A DNA stretch of 64,000 nucleotides, taken from Macrostomum lignano. Lineage: Eukaryota. The notes below the pieces were generated by a model. That model ran no database searches, was not told the DNA's origin, and worked only from the letters and a program-made list of their open reading frames with translations. Positions 24,836-37,858 of this stretch are shown here, piece by piece. The stretch spans positions 124,001-188,000 of the forward strand of contig NIVC01000045.1 in NCBI GenBank assembly GCA_002269645.1, in the 5' to 3' direction. Each line of letters opens with the position of its first letter. Within the stretch, counting starts at the first letter, position 1. Made by a program: the position numbers and the translations under genes.

Positions 24836-27800
24836 AACGGTAGTGTAGCAGCTGCTACACGTACGCTTAACTAATAAAACTGCACTTGCTTAAGGAAACA
24901 TATATATATATATATAAATAAGAAACAATTTTTGACTGACAGAGGCTACCGCTCTAATAAACGACGTTCAGTCTTACAGTGAATACAGATTGACATCGCT
25001 AATCAGTCTTTTTGGTTTTGAAATTTTTGTTGATTTTTTTTCTGATTTGTTAACAATATATGCACCTTCTCTGAAACCTTGTATGAAAATTTAGGCCACC
25101 GCTAATATCAGCCTTTTTATAAATACGAATGTAATTTGACTAATTTAACGTTACCTAACTAGAGTTTAGTAAATTCTTATCCTCTTATTTGTTTGTACAT
25201 GAGAACTTACGTGTTTTCAATGTCAAAAAAACTGAATATCGCTGATTCCTTTGCTCCTTACTTCTTTTTACCTGCTTCTTACTTCTTACTTTTGCTTCTT
25301 TGCAAATTTTAATCTGAATTTTGACATTATAAGTATTAAGAAATGGATATCAAACGTTTAACTAGCTCGTACACAGCTTGATTTGCTTTGAATTTGACAG
25401 TTAAATTATTTTTCCGTAAGACTTCCGTAAGACGTTTAGCGTTGGTCCTGCTCATTTTTTAAAACATTAGTATTACCTTGATTGCCTATCACTGTTTGAT
25501 CTGCTTTGCTACGTATTAGCAGGTAAGATAAGCTTGAATGAAGATCCGCCTCCACTGTGCTAGAAGTTGGTACTTCAGCTGAATCTTTCATTGAATCTGT
25601 GAGCCCCGTTAGTCACGCTATCGGCTCCTGAATGGTTCCACGACAATTGCCTGCGCACAATTGCCTGCAGCGATAGCTGACTGTGGAGACAACTGACTGC
25701 TAGCTGTGCTAGTTTCAACAACTCAGAGCGCAACATTATAGTTATTATTAGTAATTAGAAGAAAATATAATATACCAAACAGAGAAATAAAAAACTGGTT
25801 TTAGAAACTATTTGTTACTACTACAGTACATTGGTTTACTTAGTTTTTAAATTGAACAAAAGCAACAGGGAACACACGCACAAACAAAAGGAAACATTGT
25901 GCAATGAATTTTAAAAAAGTAAATGCACATTTACAAAACTTTTTCTTTGATTGGAATTTAATTCACTACCACCTCAACAGTTGTCGTGCAGGCATTAACT
26001 GTCGTGCTGCCTCCTGAATATCCGCTAGAGGATGAACTATGTCTGCTATTTTGAAAAACTTAATTTATCCTTGTCCGCGTAGCCAGTTCGTTGTTACTCC
26101 GTTTTTATAGGCATAAAACACATTGATTTTGACTCTGTGTAAGAAGGTGAGATATCTGAGGATTGGAGATTAATTATTGCATGTATCTGGTTTTATTTCA
26201 TTCATTTATCGGTACTACCGCTGCCACAATTTTATAAATGCGTACGAACGGCAACAGAGATAGGAACAAGCGCAAATAGATTGACGAGCTCAATTGTTTT
26301 ATTTCAACAAATATACGAATAACGAACCAACGATTTAAAACACGATTTCCCAATCATCATACGAGTATTCATTACTGAAATAAAAATGCTATGATTTATG
26401 ATAAAGCAGAAAGTGTCATTAGGGTCGCACATGAGGGTAAAGGACGAAATGTTTAAACAGTAAGCATATCATAGCGTAGCATAGAGATAGAGCTGTCTCT
26501 CCTGCTGAAATTGATAAGCAATTAATCCCATATTTTATGCTATATTTTATGAATTCCAGTCGGTCATAGTGAACTTAGCTCGTAAAAAAGGAAGACTATG
26601 CAGAGTTGCGTGACCCCCTTGAGTTGGTAGGATTGGGAATGGGAGAGTGAGGCAAGAACATGAAATATTATCGTTTATCTCAATAGATTTAGATTTAACT
26701 AAATAGGCTAAATCAGCTTTGATCAACATACATGTACTGGTAGATCGTCAGATAGAATGAATCACGTATATTTTTCTGCAGACTAAATTAGAAATATTGT
26801 ATAAAATACTGCTTTGATTTGCTTTAAGTATGGGGTCAGACTAGGGGTGCTCTAGTCTTGCACTTTTACCAAAGAAACTGAAAATCTGATGTTTTTCATG
26901 CCTTTTCATTCCTTAGAAAGGCACATTGATAGCCTGCAGCAGCAATGCCTATTTTCTAGAATTTCTTTCTCTTTCTGTTTCGCTTGTTGCTTAACTAACT
27001 CAGTGATGAGAGAGATAGAGGGGGGTAGCGAAAGAGAGAAAATCTCTCTCAGGAAAACCGAACTCGGCAAAACGTACACGACTACTTGCCCTTTGCTGCG
27101 AGTTAAACCGTTGCCAAATGCTTAATATCAGAAGCTCTTCGTTTTGAAGTATAGCTACCAAACCTTTTACAATAAAGAGCTTTCTAACTGTCGGCTTTTT
27201 TACCTTTTTTTGAATGCTTCTCCAGAGCAGAACAATAGTACCTAGACTAGACTCAAGCCCCTGGCAAGTTTGCAAGTTTCGCATTCCAAAAATATTCAGA
27301 GTGGATGAGGGGGAGGGGGCAGGCTCGGGCTAGGCTCCCAGCTAAGTCAAAGTGGCGCCACTTTGTTAGGAGTTTCAGTTTCTATTTATATTGAAAAAAA
27401 GGTTTTAAAGTGTAACAGAAGCCCCCGGAGCGCAGGCCCGAGCTTTCACTCGGAAACATTTCAAGTGATGGCAGGCATCACAGAATTTTGGTAAGTTATC
27501 AAACTGACATATTTTCCGATTGATTTTTTTAAGTTGTCACATGAGTATCTAAATTCCTACGTAACTCTAACAGTGGCGGATCTAGAGTTTCATTTTGGGG
27601 GGGGGGGTCGATCCAAGTTTGGGGCGCCAGCACGAGTATAAGGGGCGCCAATAAGCTAAGGGGCGCAAAAAATACGTATGTATTTTTACTTAGGTTTTTG
27701 GGGGGCGCAATATGTTCTGTCAAGCCCCCTTCCCCCTAAATCCGCCCCTAACAGAGTCTAAGAGAATTTTTACTGCGACAGGTTGTCATCGACTTTAATT

Positions 27801-28720
27801 CACCTCTTGATTTTCAAGTCACTTCAACATCATCCTTCCTACAGTCCGTTTGAAAAATTAATCAAATTTATTTCGACATACGAGCGTAATTTAGTCCGTA
27901 ACACGGTCGAAATGTATTAACTCAATTATTAATCATGGTTTGTGTTACTCGTATATTGCCGGCGAATTTTTCTCCCAACTAAGAGAACGACGTTTGAGAT
28001 GCTAATGCTTCCTCGAGCGTTATTTGTATATCTGACTACTGTGCTATCGAATACTCGCTCCAATACCATCACTCGATGTTTTTTAAACAGTCCTATTACT
28101 ATCAGTAGCTAGTTAACTGATCAGTAGCCGTTGCTGTCATCAGGCTTTGCCCATATGATCCGGGAGTGCTTGAGCTAGTCCAAACGCAAGACACCAACTG
28201 TAAGACTTCCCTTTGTGGGTTTGTGGCTGCAAAGGTACATACGAGGGTGCTTGGCTACTAAAAGTATTACGAACGAGCATGTGCTCCATGGCTTCTACAG
28301 AAGGGTCCTGTATTTCCAGTGTTTACGTTACAAGTGCTAATAGATATTGTAATGGCATATGGAGAAACGATATCCAGTATGCGTATTTTGCTACAACATA
28401 TTACTATGTCGATTGCGGTTAAAACGCTTTAGGGTTAGGTAAAAATAAAAATGAAAATAATCAGATAAAATTATTCCATTGCTAAAACTATCTACATACT
28501 TCAATTCCAGATTAAATCTATAACAAAAAGTTGAGACCCGTAGCCAGCTGAGGCGGCAGAGGTAAGTAAAAAATTACACATTAATTTACAATTAATTTAT
28601 TTTTCAAGAAAAAAAATTTGAAGGAAAAATAAGACAGCTCATACATAAATAAGTTGTGTTAACATAACTTTGTAGTAAAAAATAAATATATATTTGCTTA
28701 CTATAACAGTGATATCATCC

Positions 28721-31700
28721 TGTTGGCTTTTAAACGCATTAGTGTAGCTGATCGAATATATATAATTCTTAGTCAACGAGCAAAAGGGGAAAGTTAAGAG
28801 AAGATGGTGCCAGAGGCTGATTAAATCACTTTAGTTTTAGGCATAGACAAGCTTATACAGTATCGTTCTAGAAAGTTCTAAGACTTTGGGAATCTAAGGA
28901 GAGTTACTATAAATAGCATAGATACAATTTACACTACTTTTTCAACGCTCCCACTTAATGAAAATTGTCCACGTATGCGGTTACAAAATTTTGTCCAGTT
29001 TTCACAAAGTTCCGATTAAGATGTCAGTAAATTCAAACTCCTCTGTTACATTTTAACAACTCCAAGCATTGTTCACAGTTGCATGAACTTGTCCTTCGGT
29101 AGCGGCTTAGTAAGCGCATCTGCAACCCTATCGCCAGTTGGACAGTAGACCACCCGAATAGTCCCATTGCTGACGGCTTCACGAATGAAGTGATGTCTGA
29201 TATCAATGTGCTTTGTCCGTCGGCTTCCAGCAGAATTCTCAGAAAGAGCAATGGTTCCTTGGTTGTCCTCGTAGATCACAGTGGGTCGCTCAGATCCTGA
29301 TCTTTCAAGATCACTTAGTAGCCGCCGTAGCCACATGGATTCTTGTGCTGCAGAGCTCAGCGCAACGTACTCAGCTTCCGTTGTCGAGAGTGAGACGGTT
29401 GATTGCTTCTTGCTAAGCCGGCTGATAGCGCCACCAGATAGCTTAAACACGATGCCAGAGGTGGAATGTCGATCATCTGCGTCACTCGCCCAATCTGCAT
29501 CAGAATAGCCGATCAAGTTCTCTACACTAGAGTTGTACTCTAGGCCAAAGTCGATTGTTCCCTTTAGGTATCGGAAGATTCGTTTTACTGGGGTTAGATG
29601 TATTTCTCTTGGTTTGTTGTTGAACTTGGAGACAACTCCCACTGCATACGAGATGTCTGGACGTGTAACAGTTTCTGCATAGAGCAAGCTTCCAACCATT
29701 GACTGGTAAGCTGTTGAATCAACTGGATTGCTGCCCTCGTCGTATTTGGCTAATTTTACGTTGGGATCCATCGGAGTTTTCAGGGCTTCGTCGATCGTTT
29801 TCGGTTCGATAACTTCGGTCATTCTGAACGCAAAGTGTACGGCTTCAGATGCCATTTTTGCACCTTCATATTTGAGATGGTCAGGGGCTCTCCTTTCACG
29901 TTGAGGGTATCGCTTCTGATCAGTTTCTGTCGACACCGACTGTTCCTGTTCTTGCCTGGTGTCTCTTCTGTCATATTTGGCTCATCAAGTTCCAAGTTGA
30001 ACCAGCTCGCGTCCTTGTCTCTTGTTCTATTCTTTGAGGTTCCAAAATCAGTCTCGTTGAACACCACATCGTAGCGGATGACTGTCTTTCTCAACCTTTC
30101 ATCAAACAGTCTGTAGCTTCTTCCATCCGTATTGTAGCCAACGAACCGTAGCTTTTCGGCCCTTTTGTCTAGCTTCTTTCGCTTCACATCTGGTATGTGG
30201 GCATAGGCTACGCAGCCGAAAACACGAAAGTGCTTAACGTCGGGCTTGCGCCCATACCAACACTGGTACGGCGTCATTTGCGGAGTAAGAGCAGTCGTCA
30301 CGACTCTATTTCGCACATAAGCTGCGGTGTTTACTGCTTCTGCCCAGAACTGGTTGCTTACTCCAGCATGGGCCATCATTGTGGGGGCTGATTCAACGAG
30401 AGTGCGATTCATCCGTTCAGCAACGCCATTTTGCTGAGGTGTATGAGCCACGGTAGTCTCATGCCGAATGCCCTTCTGCTCCAGGAATTTTGTAAATTGG
30501 CTTGATGCATACTCTCCGCCGCCGTCAGTTCGCAGTGCTTTGATATTGAGTCCTGTTTCTGTTGTAACCATGGCCTCAAACTTCTTAAACTTATCAAGCA
30601 CTTCTGACCTTTGTCGCATGAAGAAAACCTTAACGCAGCGTGAGTAGTCATCAATAAAGGTGACGAAGTACTTGTTTCCACCAAATGACTCTGTTTGCAT
30701 AGGACCGCATATGTCGCTGTGAATTAGTTGTAGTCTTTCGGTAGAGCGGATTTCGGAAATCGACCTATGAGGCTTGCAGTGCATTTTGCCCTCGATACAT
30801 CCTTCACAGAAGTCTACACATGCAGTCTGCAACTTAGAGATACCACTCACAAGTTGGTCTTTGGTCAATTGATTTAGTTGGTGTTCGTTGACATGACCAA
30901 GACGCTGGTGCCATAAAGTTGCACTTGTGTCTGGTCAATCAGCAGTTGCCACTGCCGCAGCGTTCGCCATAAATTTTACTTTACAGTCAAGCTGGTACGA
31001 GCGTACATTCTGCTAACAAACAGATCCCTTTCCAACAAGGAGTCCATCCTTGTTGCGAATCCAGCATTTTGAGTGACCGAACTGTATCACTTTATCCTTT
31101 GCTGCTGCTGCTCGAACACTAAACAGATTGCACGACAGCTGAGGCACTAGAAGTACATCTGTTACAGCTGTCTTGAAACGCTTTCCATGTGGCAGGAGCA
31201 TAATGAGTTTTACCTGACCACTGCCGCAGGCCTCGACTGTTCGACCATCACCTAGGTTGACCCGTTCAGGTCGTCCAAACTGCTTGTAGTTGACTAGTAG
31301 CTCTCTAGAGTATGTCATGTGGCAGGACGCTCCAGAGTCAATTATCCAGGTGCATATGTCAGAGCTGGTCATCGCGGGCGATACAAATAATGTCTCGTTG
31401 AAGCTGCTTTTAGGTCCATCGTCATCAAGCGAGGTTTCGGCGATGTCCCAGGTCGCAGCACCATCGGCTGTTTTGGCGACATACCGTGCAAGTTTGTCGT
31501 TGTGGTCCTTGACGATCCTTTTCGCTCCTCCTGAACGACAGTCTCGGGCAAAATCACCCATCTTTCCGCAATTGAAACATTTGACAACACGATGTCGCAG
31601 ACCTTGGCCTTTTTGGGTCTTCAGTGCAGACTCTTCACCCTGTGTTCCTGTGTACCACCAGACCCTCGCTCACCTAATTCACTCCGCTTTTGCTCCTCGT

Positions 31701-32572
31701 TGATGAGTGCTTGGTGAACCATCTGCAGTGTAAGATCATCACCGCGAGCTTCCAAGGCAGTAACCAAGGTAGAGTAGCTCTCAGGCAGGCTGCTGAGCAG
31801 CATGACCACTTGGTCCTCTTCACTGACGGGTGCGTTGATAGAGGCCAGTTTGTCGGTCAGCTCCTTCATATGGCGTATATGATCCTGTACGCGGGTCCCT
31901 TCACTCATCTGCAGCCGGAAAAGCTGCTTCTTCAAATAGATCTTATTCGCAGTTGATTCTTGTTCGAAGTGCTGTTGGAGAGCTTGCCACATGCGATGTG
32001 GATCTTCGCCTCACGAAGTTATTAGATAGATTAACTCTTTCTTGATTGAAAGAACGATCACTGCAGCAGCTCTCTGTTGCTGCTCTCGAAATTCGTTTTC
32101 TTGCTCCTGAGTAGCATCCTCTGCGAGAATTACGGAACCGTCGACGACTCCCCAGAGCTTCCTCGCTATAAGACAGAACTTGATCTGAATCTTCCAGGTA
32201 GTCCAGTTTCCGCTTCCCAGCTTGTCCACTTGAAACTTATCATCCGCCATTTCTTCGGAAAGTTCGTGTCGAGAACAAGCCTATTTTCCGTCTGAGCGAG
32301 GCTTCTGAATCAGCTACCACTTATGCGCAGTGGAAGCGTGCTGGGCCCATAACCTGTTGGCTTTTAAACGCATTAGTGTAGCTGATCGAATATATTTCTT
32401 AGTCAACGAGCAAAAGGGGAAAGTTAAGAGAGGAGAAGAGGCTGATATAATCACTTTAGTTTTAGGCATAGACAAACTTATGCAGTGTCGTTCTAGAAAG
32501 TTCTAAGACTTGGGGAATCTAACGAGAGTTACTATAAATAGCATAGATACAATTTACATTACTTTTTCAACA
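28721..32572 (-). mobile_element. Ty1/copia LTR retrotransposon, defective (gag nonsense, frameshifts, RT core deleted)
   Basis: LTRs 28721..28947 and 32355..32572; 5-bp TSD CATCC; PBS GGTTATGGGCCCAG (minus strand, 32341..32354); PPT ATTAAGTGGGAG next to the left LTR. Domain order is gag (MADDKF..NWTTWK), zinc knuckle (CFNCGKMGDFARDC), protease (IIDSGASCHM), integrase (HSDICGP, FIDDYSR, RTDGGGEY, NGVAERMNRTL), RNase H (YSDADWA, HIDIRHHFIRE). Confidence 0.97.
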
Positions 32573-32577
32573 CATCC

Positions 32578-33048
32578 CATATCCCATCCTGGATCCCAGA
32601 TCCTAGATTCCAGATCCTAGATCCTAGATCCCAGATCCTAGATCCCAGATCCTAGATCCCAGATCCTAGATCCCAGATCCTAGATCCCAGATCCTAGATC
32701 CCAGATCCTAGATCCCAGATCCTAGATCCCAGATCCTAGATCCCAGATCCTAGATCCCAGATCCTAGATCCCAGATCCTAGATCCCAGATCCTAGATCCC
32801 AGATCCTAGATCCCAGATCCTAGATCCCAGATCCTAGATCCCAGATCCTAGATCCCAGATCCTAGATCCCAGATCCTAGATCCCAGATCCTAGATCCCAG
32901 ATCCTAGATCCCAGATCCTAGATCCCAGATCCTAGATCCCAGATCCTAGATCCCAGATCCTAGATCCCAGATCCTAGATCCCAGATCCTAGATCCCAGAT
33001 CCTAGATCCCAGATCCTAGATCCCAGATCCTAGATCCCAGAACTAGAT
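32578..33048 (+). repeat. 14-bp minisatellite (GATCCTAGATCCCA)n
   Basis: Tandem array between the copia LTR and the paralog-4 acceptor. Confidence 0.98.
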
Positions 33049-33111
33049 CATGTTTAACCATATGTCTTTGCAGTTTCTGCTGTCAGTGAGCAAAATCGTC
33101 ATTTTCTAAAG

Positions 33112-36100
33112 ATGGCTGAAACGGCTGGAGCACATGTAAAGCAAATTGCGGATGTTGAAAAATGCTGGCTTGAAAGTTCACCTACTTTTTGGGACGCAGA
33201 AGAGGTCGATAATAATCAAAACAAAGGTCTGCTCTTCTACGCAAAAAGTTACGACTTTCAGGTGGTAATTGATATCATTAAAGACTTCGAAAAGCTAGAA
33301 TTACTAGAAGATGACAATCGTCGGACGGCAGCTCACTTTGCAGCCATGCATCAGAATGGAGAAGACGCGCTGACAGCTTTAGTTCAGAAGTTCGGAGCAA
33401 CCTGTCTGCAAAGTCGTGACTTAGACAATATAACCCCGCTGCACTTGTCTGCTCGCTATCACTCGCCGCCGTCCTGGAGGTCAAATTTCAAACTTATCAA
33501 GTCTGTTAACCTCTCAAACTACAAAGATTCAAACGGAGACACGTGCGCTCACTGGGCTGCTCAAAACGCGAATGACTACAAAATGGTGCTCACCGTGAAG
33601 GACCATGCTTTTGGAGTTTGCTGGAATTGGAAGAATAACAGAGAAGAAACTGTATTACACCATGTACTTCAGTATTTCCGAAGCGAGGAAGCTCTCAAGG
33701 AGATCCTCGATAGCATAGGGAAGACTAGCGATGTCTTTACAGAAAAAGACGTCGACAACTATACCGTAGTGCACTTTGCTGCCAAAAATAATAATTTCGA
33801 TGCCATTAGCATCTTAAAACCATGGTATAGTATAAGTTTATCTTCTACTAGCAAAGAAGCGTCAAATAATGACAAAAAGGAGACAGTTCTACATTTGGCC
33901 CTGAAACACTACAGCGAAGAAACAGCAATGAAACTCATTGATGACGCTGCTTCTAAAGTGTCGTTAACGAAGCTGCTAGAGCAGAAGGACAGTCAGGGAA
34001 ACACCTATCTGCATGCGATGGCTCAGTGCCAAGGCAAAGATGCAGCGCTACTGAAGGCTGCATTGCAGCATGCTCGAGAGCAAGAAACTATGGAACCAGC
34101 CCATAAAAAAAGGCCTGTACCTCAGAAAAAATTCTGAGGGGCTTTAATTAAAACTGAAAGTCCGCAACATGACAGATCCGATCCACTAACGGTTAGTCGT
34201 GATTTATATGATTCTCGCAAAGCAATCAAAACAATTGACATGTGCCGTCTTCTAGATCCGCCTCATAGGGCACTAAAGCTTCCTGACAGGCAAGACGCTA
34301 GAAAGACTCTGGCGCCCATCATGAACGAATATAGAGCCACAAAGCAAAGCCACGGCTTAAACACAAAGAAACATATGAGGGATAAAATTGTGCTGATCAG
34401 AGCGCTAGAAATGGACTCCACAAAAATATTTCGCTCTGCACTTAGCCTGGACATGGTGACGCGTGAAACAGGGGAGTCTTTCACTAGCTATTTCCTTGAT
34501 GCACTCAAAAACGAGAAAGATCTCCTTCGAAACGGTTTCCCTCGACAGAACGTATTCAAGCAAATGACTCACGTCGATGCTGCTTTTGAATTGGAAATTT
34601 TAGACTTGGCCGCCTTCTTCTACCGTGACGAGATTATGCCGGATCTGATTTTGACTCGACAATTTGAGCTGATTCCGTGCTGCCTCAGCTTGCTCATCCA
34701 TCTGGGTCCGAAAATAGTTGAATTGCAAGCTAAGTCAGAAGACAAGCATGAGCAATTGCTTCAACTGCAGAGGAAAGTAACTAACATTGCAATGAACGCA
34801 TTAAATGAGTTGTTTATTAACGCTGAAGGCGCTGAGAGGGAGCTGCTGTTTAAATACATTAAAGGAGAGTTAACACCCTTAACTCTGACCAACGAAGAAA
34901 AATCGATGAAAAAGTACAGCGAATTTTTGGGGCCTAAGTTTCCATACCGAGTCTCTGATGGAAGTGAGAGAATAAATTACGGCAGCGTACTTGACCTTGT
35001 GAAGGAAGCCGATTGCTCGGATCTTTTTGCAACCGACTGCATCTATTATCTGACGAAAGTAGAGTGGAGAGCACCCATCTCATCTTGCTCAAAGGAACAT
35101 GGATGTTGTGGAAACTGTCTTTTATGCAGCGCCTCCAAAAGATTTTTCACCAGCCAGTCAAAATTTTCGAAACTAAACTCTCCAAAAGCAAAATTCTTGA
35201 GCCAAATATTCACCTTTATTTTGTTTCTTGCTTTCTTTGGCTGGTACGTTATAAATTTTCAGAAAACTTTCTGGATGGGTCCTGTGGATGCAGTTCTTGT
35301 GGCGTACTTTTTTTCGTTCCTCCTGCAAGAGTTGCGGGAAATAAAACGATTAAAAGGAAAGAAAGCTTTAGTAATCTTAGGTAAGCGCGTGAAGTGGGTT
35401 AACCCATACGTCAGAGACTGGCAGAATATGCTCGATATCGCTGCCCTTTCGTTGCTACTCTTCGGACTGGGCACAAGGTACTTTTATTACTCTAAAGGTT
35501 TTAAGTCGGAAGACGCCTATCCAAGTCAGATGATGATGTGTTCCTTATTACCCGACTTCGGTAATCAAAGAACAATCACTTCTAGCTCTTTAGCTAGGCA
35601 ACCCAGTAATTCAAACGAAAGTATTCAATTACCTTGACTTCTTATGAGATATCTCTCCTTTTAGTCCTTCGTAGATCTCGTGTAGATCTCGATCTGTAGT
35701 TCAGGCCTGAATTCGACTCGACTTGTAGTCCTGGTCCGAGTTTCTCTTTTCTTCTTTTGCCGGCCGGTATCTGTCGTTCGGACCAATAAGAAGCTTCCAA
35801 ATTAACAATGGGTACCCTGCGCCAAACTGCGGTTTAATATAAGCCTACTCCTTCTAGCAGTGCCTCTATGCACTCTAGGTATAGCTCCGGAAACCACTGA
35901 TAGTCTTCTAAGATCTATCAGGGGCAGTCCTTCTGGAGACTGCAACCAGTAGAGTCTAAACAGACTCAGGAGTCTCAACAGACTCAAACTAAACTCCAAC
36001 GAGACGTCTCAAAACACAGGCGCAAATGAGTAAGGCTTACCGCAAGAACTCGACGAATCTTCTGTAGGAAGTCCTGTAGTGGCTTCCTCTTCGGAGCTCT

Positions 36101-37858
36101 TCTCCTTCCGGAGGAATTGTGGCTCCGGGTCCGTTCCGGACCACTTGTATTTATAGGCGTTCAGACCTCTCTCGAGGTCGTACATCACTGTCTTCGCAAA
36201 TGTCAAAGGGTCACGATTCGGTGGCTGTCAAGCATGACAGGGTAGAAAGTTGCGCAACTAGTCTACTGTAAAAGCGCATGATTGGTTACCGTAGCTGGTA
36301 GACTTTGATTGGTTCATCCGGGTGCAACCCGAGTGCAAACCAAATGATGACTTGAAGGTGGGGTTTGAATTGACAGTTGTTGGTCGCACGTGATTGGGTG
36401 ATTTCTAAAATTAGCATGCTCGAGGTCTCTCTCTTCCTATTGGTTAGTCCGAATATACTTATAGTTCAAAGCATACCTTTATTCATGCTCTTCAATTTAC
36501 TACTAAATAAAATGTGTGAGTAGTACATTAACACTTTTATGTCTTCTTACGGGAGGTAGAACACTCTACAATGATTCTTGGAACATCATACGCACTTTTC
36601 TGTTTTCGATCTGTATCGTTTCTTGGGAAATTTGATAGCGTCGGACCCATGATAAGCATGCTTGGGAATTTAATATTTTTTGACTTGCTACCATTTCTGC
36701 TGATACTGATGGTAATATTCTGCTCTTTTGGAGTCTTTTTTACCTGCTTGCTGTTTTCTTTTACTTGGGCTCCTAAAGCTGACGTTGACAATCCGTACTA
36801 TGGATGGGAAGTGTTTGTTCAAACTGCCACCCTGCCGTTTAACTTGCTGTTTAACAACTTCGACCAGATCGAGTTCAGTTCTTCTCCAGACAGCACAAAG
36901 TTAGGAAAAGTCGCTATCAAACCAGGCCATGAGTGGTTTTATCAACTGCTAATATTCATTTTCCTGGGCCTGGTGAATGTGGTGATGATGAACCTGCTGA
37001 TCGCGCTCTTCAATTTGCGAGTCACGCAAATGTACGGCGTGGCCATCGGCATCTGGAGAAAAAAGTACTTTCAGGTGCTACAGGAGTACAAGAAAATGAC
37101 AACGCTTCCTCCTCCCTTTTCTTTTCTGGAGCACACTTTAAGCTTAATTTGCTTCATAAACAAGAAAATTTGCAAATACTGTTGCAAAAACGACGTGAGC
37201 AGCTTAGCGACATGTGACTTTGAAACTCACCCTGACTATAAACAATTTGAGGTAAGTTTTGCATCACTCCATTTGCTACGTTTTTTACGTCAGGTTTCAT
37301 TGAGTTTTAAATTTTTTCTACCCCTTAATACGCTTTCAGGATGATTATGCAAAGTGGTGGATGGACAAAAAGCGCTACCCCGCAGATTACCTGCGATTTC
37401 TCCAGTTCCAAGCAATTCAGTTCCGCAGATGCCGACATCGACTGCTTCGCGACTCCCAGTGGAACAAAAACGACTTTGACCTGGTGACGGCACGCACGGC
37501 AAACGAGCTTTCCGATTTAAAATCGGAGCTGCAGGAAATGCTGGAAAATTTTAAGCGAAAAGAAGAGGACAGGCAGCACAGACACGATTCGCCGGATGAC
37601 AATAAGCAGAAAAATAGAGAAATGGATCATTCGGAACGAACTGCAACGCCGGAGTACGATCTCACCCAAGAAACGCAGGAGAACCGCCAAATTCAAACAT
37701 TGCTGGAGGAGCTAAATGAACGAAGAAATGAAAGTGTTGAAAAATTTACAAAACTCGAAGAGCGAATGACGCGACAAAGGCGTCGAATAAAAGACATGGA
37801 GTCGAAACTTGACAAGCTTTTAGAGCTTGCTGAGCAGCAGCATCACGCATCCACATGA
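33112..37858 (+). pseudogene. Ankyrin-repeat TRPM-like channel, paralog 4, disrupted; segments 33112..35533, 36571..37251, 37340..37858
   Basis: ORFs 33112..34137 and 34240..35637 are in the same frame, separated by one TGA (34135..34137). Only ankyrin repeats 1-7 are present. The coding sequence is interrupted at PSQM/ILGTS by a 1037-bp insert. The last intron (37252..37339, GTAAGT..TTTCAG) sits at the same position as in the paralogs. Confidence 0.88.
35534..36570 (-). mobile_element. Solo-LTR-like insertion (Gypsy-like 4-bp TSD) in paralog 4
   Basis: Starts TGATGTGTTC and ends GAACACTCTACA (TG..CA, imperfect inverted ends). ATGA is duplicated at 35530..35533 and 36571..36574, and excision restores CCA AGT CAG ATG ATT CTT GGA (PSQMILG). 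The minus strand has four CCAAT boxes and TATAAATA (36148..36155). No coding capacity. Confidence 0.8.

Noticed and set aside
26910-27125. Minus-strand 71-codon open stretch (AFGNGLTRSKGQVVVYVLPSSVFLREIF..)
   Set aside because: No start, no recognisable family and within chance length; possibly a TE relic but unsupported.
27571-27750. Possible hAT-like MITE (CAGTGGCGGATCTAG..CTAAATCCGCCCCT)
   Set aside because: The TIR is imperfect and no clean TSD was found.
34135-34137. Selenocysteine or programmed readthrough at the paralog 4 TGA
   Set aside because: Non-conserved linker, no Cys at this position in paralogs, poor readthrough context, no SECIS recognised, and the gene is also broken by an insertion.
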